Part shown: positions 55,529 to 64,000 of the stretch, piece by piece
Position numbering within the stretch: the first letter of the stretch is position 1
Layout of the letters: every line of letters begins with the position of its first letter
NCBI GenBank assembly: GCA_965248925.1
Contig: CBDFLE010000006.1
Location: forward strand, 3,424,001 to 3,488,000
Reading direction: 5' to 3'
Origin: Candidatus Multivoradales bacterium
GTDB taxonomy: Bacteria > Acidobacteriota > Thermoanaerobaculia > Multivoradales > J023
Length of the DNA stretch: 64,000 bases
Position numbers and translations under genes: made by a program
Notes under the pieces: generated by a model
What the model was told of the DNA's origin: nothing
The model's database searches: none
The model's input: only the letters and a program-made list of their open reading frames with translations

Positions 55529-57019
55529 TTATCTCCTGAAGGCGGCTGCCGCGGCGGGGCTTGTTGCGCTGGCGGTCGCTGGGGTCGAGTGGACGGGTGG
55601 CGAAATAAGGTCGGGCTGGACGCCGCCGCCCAAAGCGAGGAAGAGGTCTACCCGCTGGTTCAGCCGCGCTTGTCTCACGGCGAGCCACTGGCTATCGGCG
55701 GTGAAGGCCTGGCGCTGGGCGTCGAGCACGGCGAGGAAGTCACCCACCCCTCGCAGGTAGCGTTCTTCGGCGAGTTCGGCAGCGGCGTTGGAGTGCTCGG
55801 CGGCAGTAGCCAGGGCCTGCTCCTGCGCAGCCAGGCGAGCCTCGGCGTGGAGGGCGGTTTCCACTTCGGCATAGGCGTTCAATGCCGCCTGGGCGAAGCG
55901 CCGTAGCGTCCCCTCGCGGTCGGCCTCGGCCAGCTCGATGGCGGCGCGCAATTGGCCGCCTCGGAACAGCGGTTGCAGCAAGCCGCCGGCGAAGCTCCAG
56001 ACGCTGAAATCGCCGTCCAGCAGGTCGCTCAGCGAATCGCTCGCCGTGCCGCCACTGGCGGTCAGCGATAGCCGGGGATAGAGCGCTCGACGAGCCTCGG
56101 CCAGGCGCCAGCCGTTGGCCTTCAGGCGGGCGCTGGCGGCGCGCAGGTCGGGTCGGCGGGCGATCAGCTCGGCCGGCAGACCAGCGGCGATGTTCGCCGG
56201 CACCGGTGGCAAGTCATCCACCGCCTGCAGCTCAGCGCTCGGATAACGTCCCAGCAAGACTTCTAGCTGACGACTGGCGGCGTCTCCGATCCGCCGTCTA
56301 TTTTCCAGGTTGGCTGCGGCGGAGGCTTGGTTGGCGCGCGCCAAACGGAGATCGACCGGACTGGTGATACCCAGCCGATAACGCCGCTCGGTGCGTCGGC
56401 TGGTGCGTTGTCGATTGCTGACCGTGGCTTCGGCCAAGGCCACCTGGCGCTGCGCCTCGACCACTGCGAACCAGGCCTTCGCGGTCTGTCCGCTGAGCGA
56501 CAGGCGAGCGGCGGCGAGATCTTCGGCGCTGGCCAAGGCGTCGCCGGTCGCGGCCTGCTGGCCGGCGCGCAGGCGGCCCCAAAGGTCGGCTTCCCAACTG
56601 ATATCGAGGGACACTCCCCAAGCGGTCGAAAGGGATTTCAGAGCCGCTTCGCCGCCGGGTATCGGCAGCCCGACAAAGACTTGCTGCCGCCGCGCACCAT
56701 TGATCCCAGCGCTGAGCTGCGGTCGCAGGTCGGCACCGGCGATGCGGGCCCGAGCAAGCGCCGCGTCAACCGCCGCTGCCGCTGCCGCCAAGTCGTGGTT
56801 GTTCGCCAGAGCTTCGAGGATCAAGCTATCGAGGTGCGGATCGGAGAAGCTCTTCCACCAGCTATCCACGGCTAGCGGGTGGTTTGCCGAGGGAGCGCTC
56901 CAGGTTGCCGGCGGCGGCGGCTCGGGAGTGGTCATGGGCGGCGCCTCGAGGCCGCCGCAGGCGCTGAGAAGGGCCGCTGTCGCCAGCAACCTGGCAGCGG
57001 GAGAAGGGGTGGAGCGCAT
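55529..57019 (-). CDS. Outer membrane efflux lipoprotein (NodT/OprM family)
   Basis: Lipobox LSAC; WWKSFSDPHL, SWEADLWGRLR, ELIARRPDL, LFLALGGG. Confidence 0.93.
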   Translation of the reverse strand: MRSTPSPAARLLATAALLSACGGLEAPPMTTPEPPPPATWSAPSANHPLAVDSWWKSFSDPHLDSLILEALANNHDLAAAAAAVDAALARARIAGADLRPQLSAGINGARRQQVFVGLPIPGGEAALKSLSTAWGVSLDISWEADLWGRLRAGQQAATGDALASAEDLAAARLSLSGQTAKAWFAVVEAQRQVALAEATVSNRQRTSRRTERRYRLGITSPVDLRLARANQASAAANLENRRRIGDAASRQLEVLLGRYPSAELQAVDDLPPVPANIAAGLPAELIARRPDLRAASARLKANGWRLAEARRALYPRLSLTASGGTASDSLSDLLDGDFSVWSFAGGLLQPLFRGGQLRAAIELAEADREGTLRRFAQAALNAYAEVETALHAEARLAAQEQALATAAEHSNAAAELAEERYLRGVGDFLAVLDAQRQAFTADSQWLAVRQARLNQRVDLFLALGGGVQPDLISPPVHSTPATASATSPAAAAAFRR

Positions 57020-57696
57020 TAGGATCCCTCTTGCTTGTTGTTCTCGAGCGGCGGCGCGGCAAGTCCGGCGCCGACGAAATGAACCATCAAGTCCAGCACT
57101 CGTTGCGGGTCGGCCATGTCACAAATCCCACCGGTCATCTCTGCGATTCGGTTGCTGCCGGAGACGATGTGAGCCATGGCGCCGATCATGAAATGAAAGC
57201 GCCACAGTCGTTCCTCGATTTCTAATTCGGGCAGCGCCTGGGCAAAGGCGGCTTGGAAACGAACCATCACTCCCTGCAATTGTTCCCGCAGCAGCTTACG
57301 CAGAGTGGCTTCAGGGGCGGTGAAAGAGCGGCCAAAGAGCTGTGCGATGTGCTCGCGCCAGGCGACCTCGTCTTGGCCGATCTCCAACACTGGCCGCACA
57401 AAGGCGCGTACCAAGTCGGCAGCCGCTGGCGGCTCATCGGCGGCTTCTAGCGCATCGAGTAGTGCCAGCCGGCGCCTGTTCACAGGTTCCAGCCGGCGGC
57501 GGATCACCTCCCGCGCCAACGCCTCCTTGGAGCCGAAGTGATAGTGCGCCGCAGCCAAGTTGGCTTGTGCTGCCGAGGTGATGGCACGCAGCGAGGCACC
57601 GGTCAAGCCGCGCTCGGCAAACAACCGCTCGGCGGCATCCAGCAGGCTCGTCTTGGTGTCGGTGGAGGGTGTCGCAGACTGGCTCAGGGGCGTCAT
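57019..57696 (-). CDS. TetR family regulator (PsrA-like)
   Basis: LLDAAERLFAERG..SLRAITSAAQANLAAAHYHFGSKEAL; WRFHFMIGAM. Confidence 0.9.
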   Translation of the reverse strand: MTPLSQSATPSTDTKTSLLDAAERLFAERGLTGASLRAITSAAQANLAAAHYHFGSKEALAREVIRRRLEPVNRRRLALLDALEAADEPPAAADLVRAFVRPVLEIGQDEVAWREHIAQLFGRSFTAPEATLRKLLREQLQGVMVRFQAAFAQALPELEIEERLWRFHFMIGAMAHIVSGSNRIAEMTGGICDMADPQRVLDLMVHFVGAGLAAPPLENNKQEGS

Positions 57697-57716
57697 GATG
57701 GGCTCCTCGACAGGTC

Positions 57717-57749
57717 TCGAACGATCGTATCAATCAAACGTACGTTTGA
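57717..57749. promoter_or_regulatory. TetR/PsrA-type operator, tandem
   Basis: Perfect palindrome TCAAACGTACGTTTGA (57734-57749) matching CAAAC-N4-GTTTG, and degenerate TCGAACGATCGTATCA (57717-57732). Confidence 0.8.
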
Positions 57750-57935
57750 ATCGTGATTGGGTTTCAAGCTCGTGACCAGAACGCTCGATCTGCGATTCTC
57801 TGACGTAGCTTCCGACAAGTGCCGATGAAGTCGGGGGGGGAGTCCATCCCATCATGGCTACTGCGGGCATCCGATATCTAGTCAGAGCGGTTGATGAGTT
57901 CTTTCGAGGAAGCTGGCGAGATGCCGTCTACTAGG

Positions 57936-58595
57936 CTAATCCTGGTGACCGGGCGGTTCCGCTCGCTCTGCTTCAAGCCGACGGAGGGCCTCCTCCGCTT
58001 GTTCCCTCTGCTGCTTCTCCGCCAAATACTCGTTGAGGAATTCGTCAGTCAGATCTTTCACCGCGTCTCGGATCGTCTTGCGTGGGTTTTTCGACACTCC
58101 GATAACTCCAGTTACACCTCGCCTCCAAGTGGTAACAACTTCAGAGAAGGACAGATTAAATAGAAACTCAGTGTCAAGCTGCCCCTCACCCTCGCCGAAG
58201 TCCTGCCAAAACAGCATCGCTGCTTTTCGATCCTCGGCCCACTTGAGATTCAGAAAAGCCTCTGCTCGCAGTAAGGCTTGTTGTCGGGCCTCTATAGAAA
58301 TCGAGTAAGCGAAGAGGTTGTCGGTCTTGACGTTCGTAACGTTGACATAGAGATAACAGTCGGCATCGTCGGAAACCCGTAGCCCCGCGAGCCGAAGCTT
58401 CAGCTCGACATCGGTTCTTATTCTTTTCTCCGACAACCCGATTTCTTCAAATTCCTTACTGAGGCTCTCCACAAGTACTTGTGCTGGATTCATATGAATG
58501 AGTGTGTCCCGAGTGTCGCCGTGAGAAGGTGAGGGGAAGATCGAGAGTACGGCGGCCAGGACTATAGGCAGGGGATGGCTCGGATGAGGGAGCAT
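57936..58595 (-). CDS. Exported hypothetical protein, lower GC
   Basis: AAGGA RBS; hydrophobic N-terminus; GLSEKRIRTDVELKLRLAGLRV..YLYVNV. Confidence 0.68.
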   Translation of the reverse strand: MLPHPSHPLPIVLAAVLSIFPSPSHGDTRDTLIHMNPAQVLVESLSKEFEEIGLSEKRIRTDVELKLRLAGLRVSDDADCYLYVNVTNVKTDNLFAYSISIEARQQALLRAEAFLNLKWAEDRKAAMLFWQDFGEGEGQLDTEFLFNLSFSEVVTTWRRGVTGVIGVSKNPRKTIRDAVKDLTDEFLNEYLAEKQQREQAEEALRRLEAERAEPPGHQD

Positions 58596-58734
58596 ATTTG
58601 AGATTCCTTTTCGCACAGGCACCTTCGCCAAGTTGGGCAGCCTTCTGAAGCGAGATTATACCTCTGCGCAGTGATCTGGCGGCTCAGGGAGAATCATGAC
58701 CGGTTTGACCATAGGTGACACCGATCCTGTGGAT

Positions 58735-59097
58735 TCAGATCGGCAAGATTCGGGCTCTCGATGTTGCGGCATCGACCACCACAATCGCTCCATCTTGGAG
58801 TGCGTTGGCGTGTTGACGCAAGACCCGAGCTACGAGGTTTCCGATCGCAGATGGCAACACGTCTTCGGTTCGGACTTGCAGGACACTGGGGCCTGAAGCA
58901 CTTGTCAGTGCAAGGATGCGCGAGAAGTCGAGATCGTGGGTGAAGACGATGTGGCCGTGCTCGAGAGCCCAGGCCAGGATCTCGGTATCAGGGGCCCGCG
59001 GGTTTCCGATCTCAGACCAGTGGACGGCGGTGTAGCTTTCTCGGTGTAGCCATGTTGCCCACTGAGGAGAAAGATTGATGTCGATGACCAGCTTCAT
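58735..59097 (-). CDS. DUF5615 PIN-like toxin
   Basis: MKLVIDINLSP, APDTEILAWA, FTHDLDF, GPSVLQVR. Confidence 0.88.
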   Translation of the reverse strand: MKLVIDINLSPQWATWLHRESYTAVHWSEIGNPRAPDTEILAWALEHGHIVFTHDLDFSRILALTSASGPSVLQVRTEDVLPSAIGNLVARVLRQHANALQDGAIVVVDAATSRARILPI

Positions 59098-59328
59098 TCA
59101 GGAGCTGCTCACCAGGACTTCTCGCTCCTCGACCCGCCAGGTGGCGTAGGTGAGAGCAGCCTGGATGTCTTCCCCCTCGATGTACGGGTAAGCCTCGAGA
59201 ATCTCCTCTTCAGACCGGCCGGCGGCCAGTAGCCCGAGGATCGTGCCGACGGTCAGCCGGAGGCCCCGAATGCAGGGCTTGCCTCCCATGACTTCGGGGT
59301 CGAGAGTGATGCGATCTTGGCCTTTCAT
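59098..59328 (-). CDS. DUF433 antitoxin
   Basis: RITLDPEVMGGKPCIRGLRLTV..EILEAYP..EDIQAALTYA; GAGGAG RBS. Confidence 0.92.
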   Translation of the reverse strand: MKGQDRITLDPEVMGGKPCIRGLRLTVGTILGLLAAGRSEEEILEAYPYIEGEDIQAALTYATWRVEEREVLVSSS

Positions 59329-59638
59329 GAGATTCTCCTCGTGGGGGAGCTTATTGAGGCGACTTCCCACCTGGACATACTATACAAGCGGTGGAGCCGC
59401 GGGGGGATTGCTCGCCAGTGCCCAATCTCCCGGCTCCCGCTCCGTGGAACTTTTTTCGCCCCTCTCGCGTAAGAATAGGCATCGGCCAGCGTTGTATTCT
59501 AGAGGTGCACGATCCATGGAATCCGCCCAAGGAAGCCGGTAATCTGCGTCATTCCAGGGTCCTTGAGGGACCCGTTCGCGCCACCAGGTCAGGGGACGCC
59601 CGCCTCGGCGCTGTACCGCCTGCTTGAGAGAAGAAGAG

Positions 59639-60760
59639 ATGACAATTCAATATCCACGCCGGAGAGCGCTGAAACTCTCCTTGCCAGGGCTTGCGCTGAT
59701 CATGATCGGAGGGCTGCTCGCCGGCTGTACCCCGGAGGGGCAGGCCGCGGAGCGCACCGCTGATTCGGAAGTTGCCGCGGTCGAGCAGGCAAAAAAGGAC
59801 ACCGAACTCGTGCCGGTGGAAGTGGTCGCGCTCGGCCGTGGCCCGATCGAGGCATTGCTGCGGTCTTCGACCAACCTGGAGGCCGAGAGCGAGGTGCAGG
59901 TGTTCTCGCAGGCGGCTCGGCTGGTGCGGGAGCTGCGTATCGAAGAGGGCGATCGGGTGCGCCGCGGCACCGTGCTGTTGCGATTGCAGGACGAGGAGCA
60001 ACTCAGTCGATTGGCGCGGGCCGAGAGTCAGCTGGCGAAGTCGCGCCGCGAGTACCAGCGCCAAGACAGTCTATGGCGACAGCGGTTGATCAGTGAGCAG
60101 GCTTTCAACGAAGCCACCTATGAGGTCGAACAGCTCGAGCTGGAGGTGGCCGATGCTCGCCGCGAGCTGGCGTATACCGAGGTGCGAGCGCCAATCGCCG
60201 GCACCATCACCAGCCGCTTGGTCAATCTTGGCGACACGGTGACGGTCAACCAGCATCTCTTCGATCTGATTGATTTCAATACTTTGGTGGCGCGGATCTT
60301 TGTCCCGGAGAAGGAACTCTCTCGGCTCCGACCGGGCCTGCCGGCACGGATTTATTCGACTTCGCTGGGGGGCGGGCCGCGCAGTGGCCGGGTGCAGCGC
60401 ATCGCGCCGGTGGTTGACGCCCGCAGCGGCACGATCAAGGTGACGGTGGCGATTGCTGCCAACCAGGGTCTGCGGCCAGGCATGTATGTAGAAGTCGATT
60501 TGATCACCGCGGTCCATGAGGATGCGCTGCTGGTACCCAAGCGAGCGGTGGTTTGGGACGATGATCAGGCCTTTGTTTTTCGCCTGGGTAAGGACGATAT
60601 TGTCGAGCGCCTGCAATTGCAGGTGGGGCTTGAGAATAGTGAGCATGTCGAGCCGATCGCCGGCTCGACGGATCTCGAAGCCGGTCAGCAAATCATCATC
60701 GCCGGCCAAGCCGGGTTGAAGACCGGAACCCAGGTTCGCCGGGTGGGTGTGACCGGTTGA
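59639..60760 (+). CDS. RND periplasmic adaptor (MFP) lipoprotein
   Basis: Lipobox LAGC; IEEGDRVRRG, YTEVRAPIAG, LRPGMYVEV. Confidence 0.93.
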   Translation: MTIQYPRRRALKLSLPGLALIMIGGLLAGCTPEGQAAERTADSEVAAVEQAKKDTELVPVEVVALGRGPIEALLRSSTNLEAESEVQVFSQAARLVRELRIEEGDRVRRGTVLLRLQDEEQLSRLARAESQLAKSRREYQRQDSLWRQRLISEQAFNEATYEVEQLELEVADARRELAYTEVRAPIAGTITSRLVNLGDTVTVNQHLFDLIDFNTLVARIFVPEKELSRLRPGLPARIYSTSLGGGPRSGRVQRIAPVVDARSGTIKVTVAIAANQGLRPGMYVEVDLITAVHEDALLVPKRAVVWDDDQAFVFRLGKDDIVERLQLQVGLENSEHVEPIAGSTDLEAGQQIIIAGQAGLKTGTQVRRVGVTG

Positions 60761-63700
60761 GCGACGAGTCGCCAGCGGCCAGGCCGCACTCGCCGGTCGC
60801 CGACGCTGGCGCCGCCGTTGCCGGTGCTCCTGGCACTACTGCTGGGCCGCCAGCCTCCATGAACTCCTCGAGCTTTGTCACCCGCCGGCCGGTGGCGGTG
60901 CTGATGGTGGTCTTGGCGGCGGTGGTCTTTGGTCTGTTCTCCTACCGTCAGCTGCCGGTGACGCTGATGCCGGAACTCAGTTACCCCACCCTGACGGTGC
61001 GCACCGAATATCCTGGCGCCGCTCCGGAAGAGGTCGAGAACGACATCAGCCGGCCGGTCGAAGACGCCCTTGGGGTGATCGGTGGCTTGTCCAAGATCAG
61101 CAGTGTGTCGCGGGCCGGGGTCAGCGATGTGGTGCTGGAGTTTGGCTGGGACAGCGATATGTCCGAGGCGCTACAGGACACCTTGGAGAAGCTCGACCTG
61201 GTGTTCTTGCCGACTGCCGCTGAGCGACCGTTGATTTTGCGCTTCGACCCTTCTCTCGATCCGGTCTTGGAACTCAGTCTGTCGGCCAGCGACGCCCACT
61301 TCGAGGGCGACGTGGGGCTTCGCCGTCTGCGACGAATCGCTGAGTTGCAGGTGCGGCGGGCACTAGAGCCGGTGCCAGGGGTGGCGGCCGTGCGCTTGCG
61401 CGGCGGCTTGGAGGAGGAGATTCAGGTGTTGGTCGATGACGAGTCGCTCAGGCGTAGCGGCTTGCCCATCGACCGCCTAGTCGAGCGTCTGGCGCAAGAG
61501 AATGTCAATGTCGCTGGCGGCACGATTCGCGAAGGACGCACCGAGTACATGGTGCGGACCCTCAACGAATTCCAGAACCTGACGCAGATCGGCGCCACCA
61601 TGATCGCTCTCGATCACGGCCGCGAAATCCGCGTTCGCGACGTGGCACGGGTGGAGAACGGACATCGGGAACGGCAGATCCTGACCCGCACCGATGGCGC
61701 CGAGAGTGTCCAGGTCGATATCTACAAGGAAGCCGACGCCAACATGGTGGCCTTGTCGAAGGCCATCCGTGCGCGGCTCGGCGATCTCGAGAGCGAGCCC
61801 AAGAAAGCTGCCAAGCGCCAGCCTCTCGGCGCTGATAAGCAGCCGCAGGGCAGCCGCGTTCCCGGGGCCGGTGAAGGCTTGGCCGCCGAGCTGCTGCGCA
61901 CTGAGGGGGCGCGACTCGAGGTGGTTGCCGATCGTTCGTTGTTCATTGAAAGCTCGATCAACGAAGTCAAGAGCACCGCTCTGTTTGGCGGTTTGTTGGC
62001 GGTGCTGGTGTTGCTGCTCTTTTTGCGCAGTCTGAAGAGCACGGTGATTGTGGCGCTGGCGATTCCGATTTCCTTGGTGGTGACCTTCGCGCCGCTGAAG
62101 CTGCTCGGGGTTTCACTCAACATCATGTCCCTCGGTGGATTGGCGCTGGGGGTTGGCATGTTGGTGGACTCTTCGATCGTCGTTTTGGAGTCGATTTTTC
62201 GCTGTCGTGAGGAGGGCGACGGGGTGGTGGCCGCAGCGGTGCGCGGCACCCGCGAAGTCCAAGGGGCGGTGGTGGCCTCGATCTTGACCTCTATCGCGGT
62301 GTTCTTCCCGATGGTTTTTGTCGAGGGGGTGGCGGGCCAGGCTTTTGGCGATCTGGGGCTAGCGGTGGTCATTGCTTTACTGGCTTCTCTAGTTGTCGCC
62401 TTGGCCTTCATTCCGATGCTGGCCAGCCGTCAGGGGCTAGATCGTGGCGGCGCTCGACAGCGTCGGATCAGCTGGCGATTCGGCGCTTGGCAGCAGCTGC
62501 GCCGAGATCTGAGGGCGCTGCGCGCCTGGCGCCGGCGGGGTGGTCTGCCACGGGCCTTGGCGCCGCTGGCCGTGGTGCCCTATCTGCTGTTTCGCGGCTT
62601 GCTTCAGGCCCTGCTAGAGGGGGTTGGCAAGCTGATCTTGCTGGCTCTCTTCGCCTCGCTTGGGTTGTTGGCTGTTGCCCTTCGGCTTGCCGAACCGGTG
62701 CTGTTGCGCCCCGGGCGTGCCCTGGCGGCTGTCGCCGAACGCCTGCTGCTGGCTGGCGAGCATTTCTACTCCAGACTGCTGCGCCGGATCTTGGCTCTGC
62801 CGCTGACGGTCTTGGTGCTGGCCCTGCTGCTGTTGGGGATGACCGCCTGGCTGGCGACTCGGCTCGATAGTGAGTTGCTACCCGAGGTTCATCAAGGAGA
62901 GTTGACGGTGGAGGTGGCGCTGCCGGTGGGAACGCCACTCGAGCAGACCGATGCTGTCTTGCGTCCCGTGGAGCAGGCGATCCTGGCTGAGGAAGAAGCA
63001 ATCCGTAGTCTGCTGCTGACCGTCGGTTTCGATCCGGCCAACTCGCAGCGCTCGGACGAGGGTGAGCATACGGCGCGTTTTAAGGTGCTGTTGCAATCGG
63101 CCGATCCACGGCTCGAAGATCGCGTGGTGGCTAGTCTGCGGCGGCGCTTCTTGGCAATTCCCGATCTCGAAGCACGGGTTGTGCGGCCGGTTCTGTTTAG
63201 TTTCCGCACCCCGATCGAGGTCGAGGTGCATGGTGACGACCTGGGGGAACTCAGACGCTGGTCGGAACGGGTCCGCGAGCAGTTGACGGCTCTGCCCGAG
63301 TTGGCCGATGTCGAGAGCACTCTGCGGGCGGGCGCGCCCGAGGTGCAGATCATCTACGATCGCGACCAGCTGGCCCGCTATGACCTCAACATCGCGCGGG
63401 TCGCAGAGCAGGTCAAGAACGCTGTCCAAGGCACTGAGGCTACCCGCTTCAACCTGCGCGACCGGCGTATCCCTATTGTCGTGCGACTCGACCAGGAAGA
63501 TCGGGCCTCGGTGGACGACGTGCGCCAACTGGTGGTCAATCCCGGGGGTGAGCGGCCGATCTCGCTCGATGCGGTGGCCGCGGTTATCCTGGGCGAGGGT
63601 CCCAGCGAAGTACGTCGGGTCGATGGTCGCCGGGTCGCCTTGGTGCGCGCTAGTCTGGCCGGTGGCGCCCTCGGTGGCGCGGTGGTGGCCATCGACGGTA

Positions 63701-64000
63701 AGCTGCGGCAGCTCGATTGGCCAGCGCGGATGACCTACTTGCTCAGCGGCCAGAGTGAGGAGTGGCAGAACAGCCGCTCTAGCTTGCTGCTGGCGCTGGC
63801 GCTGTCGATTTTTCTGGTCTACGTCATCATGGCAGCGCAGTTCGAATCGCTGCTGCAACCGCTGGTGATCATGCTCAGCATTCCCTTGGCATTTCTCGGA
63901 ACGGTGCTGGCGCTCTACGGACTTGGCATCAGCCTGTCGATTGTTGCTTTTCTGGGGATGATCATGCTGGCGGGTATCGTGGTCAACAACGCCATCGTGT
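60757..64000 (+). CDS. RND efflux permease, 3'-truncated by window edge (absent from ORF track)
   Basis: Frame from TTG 60757 (or ATG 60859): RRPVAVLM, YPGAAPEEVE, GVGMLVDSSIVVLE, AAQFESLLQP, ending MLAGIVVNNAIV. Confidence 0.92.
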   Translation, partial: MSDESPAARPHSPVADAGAAVAGAPGTTAGPPASMNSSSFVTRRPVAVLMVVLAAVVFGLFSYRQLPVTLMPELSYPTLTVRTEYPGAAPEEVENDISRPVEDALGVIGGLSKISSVSRAGVSDVVLEFGWDSDMSEALQDTLEKLDLVFLPTAAERPLILRFDPSLDPVLELSLSASDAHFEGDVGLRRLRRIAELQVRRALEPVPGVAAVRLRGGLEEEIQVLVDDESLRRSGLPIDRLVERLAQENVNVAGGTIREGRTEYMVRTLNEFQNLTQIGATMIALDHGREIRVRDVARVENGHRERQILTRTDGAESVQVDIYKEADANMVALSKAIRARLGDLESEPKKAAKRQPLGADKQPQGSRVPGAGEGLAAELLRTEGARLEVVADRSLFIESSINEVKSTALFGGLLAVLVLLLFLRSLKSTVIVALAIPISLVVTFAPLKLLGVSLNIMSLGGLALGVGMLVDSSIVVLESIFRCREEGDGVVAAAVRGTREVQGAVVASILTSIAVFFPMVFVEGVAGQAFGDLGLAVVIALLASLVVALAFIPMLASRQGLDRGGARQRRISWRFGAWQQLRRDLRALRAWRRRGGLPRALAPLAVVPYLLFRGLLQALLEGVGKLILLALFASLGLLAVALRLAEPVLLRPGRALAAVAERLLLAGEHFYSRLLRRILALPLTVLVLALLLLGMTAWLATRLDSELLPEVHQGELTVEVALPVGTPLEQTDAVLRPVEQAILAEEEAIRSLLLTVGFDPANSQRSDEGEHTARFKVLLQSADPRLEDRVVASLRRRFLAIPDLEARVVRPVLFSFRTPIEVEVHGDDLGELRRWSERVREQLTALPELADVESTLRAGAPEVQIIYDRDQLARYDLNIARVAEQVKNAVQGTEATRFNLRDRRIPIVVRLDQEDRASVDDVRQLVVNPGGERPISLDAVAAVILGEGPSEVRRVDGRRVALVRASLAGGALGGAVVAIDGKLRQLDWPARMTYLLSGQSEEWQNSRSSLLLALALSIFLVYVIMAAQFESLLQPLVIMLSIPLAFLGTVLALYGLGISLSIVAFLGMIMLAGIVVNNAIV

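Noticed and set aside
62878-63858. 326-aa minus-strand ORF and other ORFs in 61-64 kb
   Set aside because: Antisense to the RND permease that runs off the window and was omitted by the ORF track.

Overview
GC-rich bacterial chromosomal window; the gene content suggests Acidobacteriota/Thermoanaerobaculia, but this is inference. Left half: partial sigma-54 activator, two secreted alpha/beta-hydrolases, a YqiJ-like/flotillin/giant AAA ATPase operon, an orphan 759-aa Rossmann protein, and a membrane-anchored wHTH-NACHT regulator facing a small beta-rich gene across 11-bp direct repeats. These are followed by Uma2, a MoxR-VWA pair, a surface-glycan modification cluster, a MoaD-MoaE fusion and an acyl-CoA carboxylase beta subunit. 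Right half: an accessory tract (about 31.3-51.1 kb) punctuated by three same-orientation copies of the 3' end of an RND permease gene, suggesting stacked cassettes captured at that gene end. One cassette holds two degenerate PCD/DCoH-like genes split by a complete IS21 (7-bp target duplication), a frameshifted AraC-TPR regulator, and a secreted propeller/6-Cys peptide/surface protein operon. The other holds two Cys-rich secreted proteins, a sigma-54 promoter, a receptor Ser/Thr kinase with an FG-GAP/UnbV ectodomain and a GAF enhancer-binding protein. The window ends with a TetR(PsrA-like)-OMF-MFP-RND operon, a DUF433/PIN toxin-antitoxin pair and a second RND system running off the edge. No rRNA, tRNA or CRISPR array was seen. 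All family calls are from motif recognition, not database searches.
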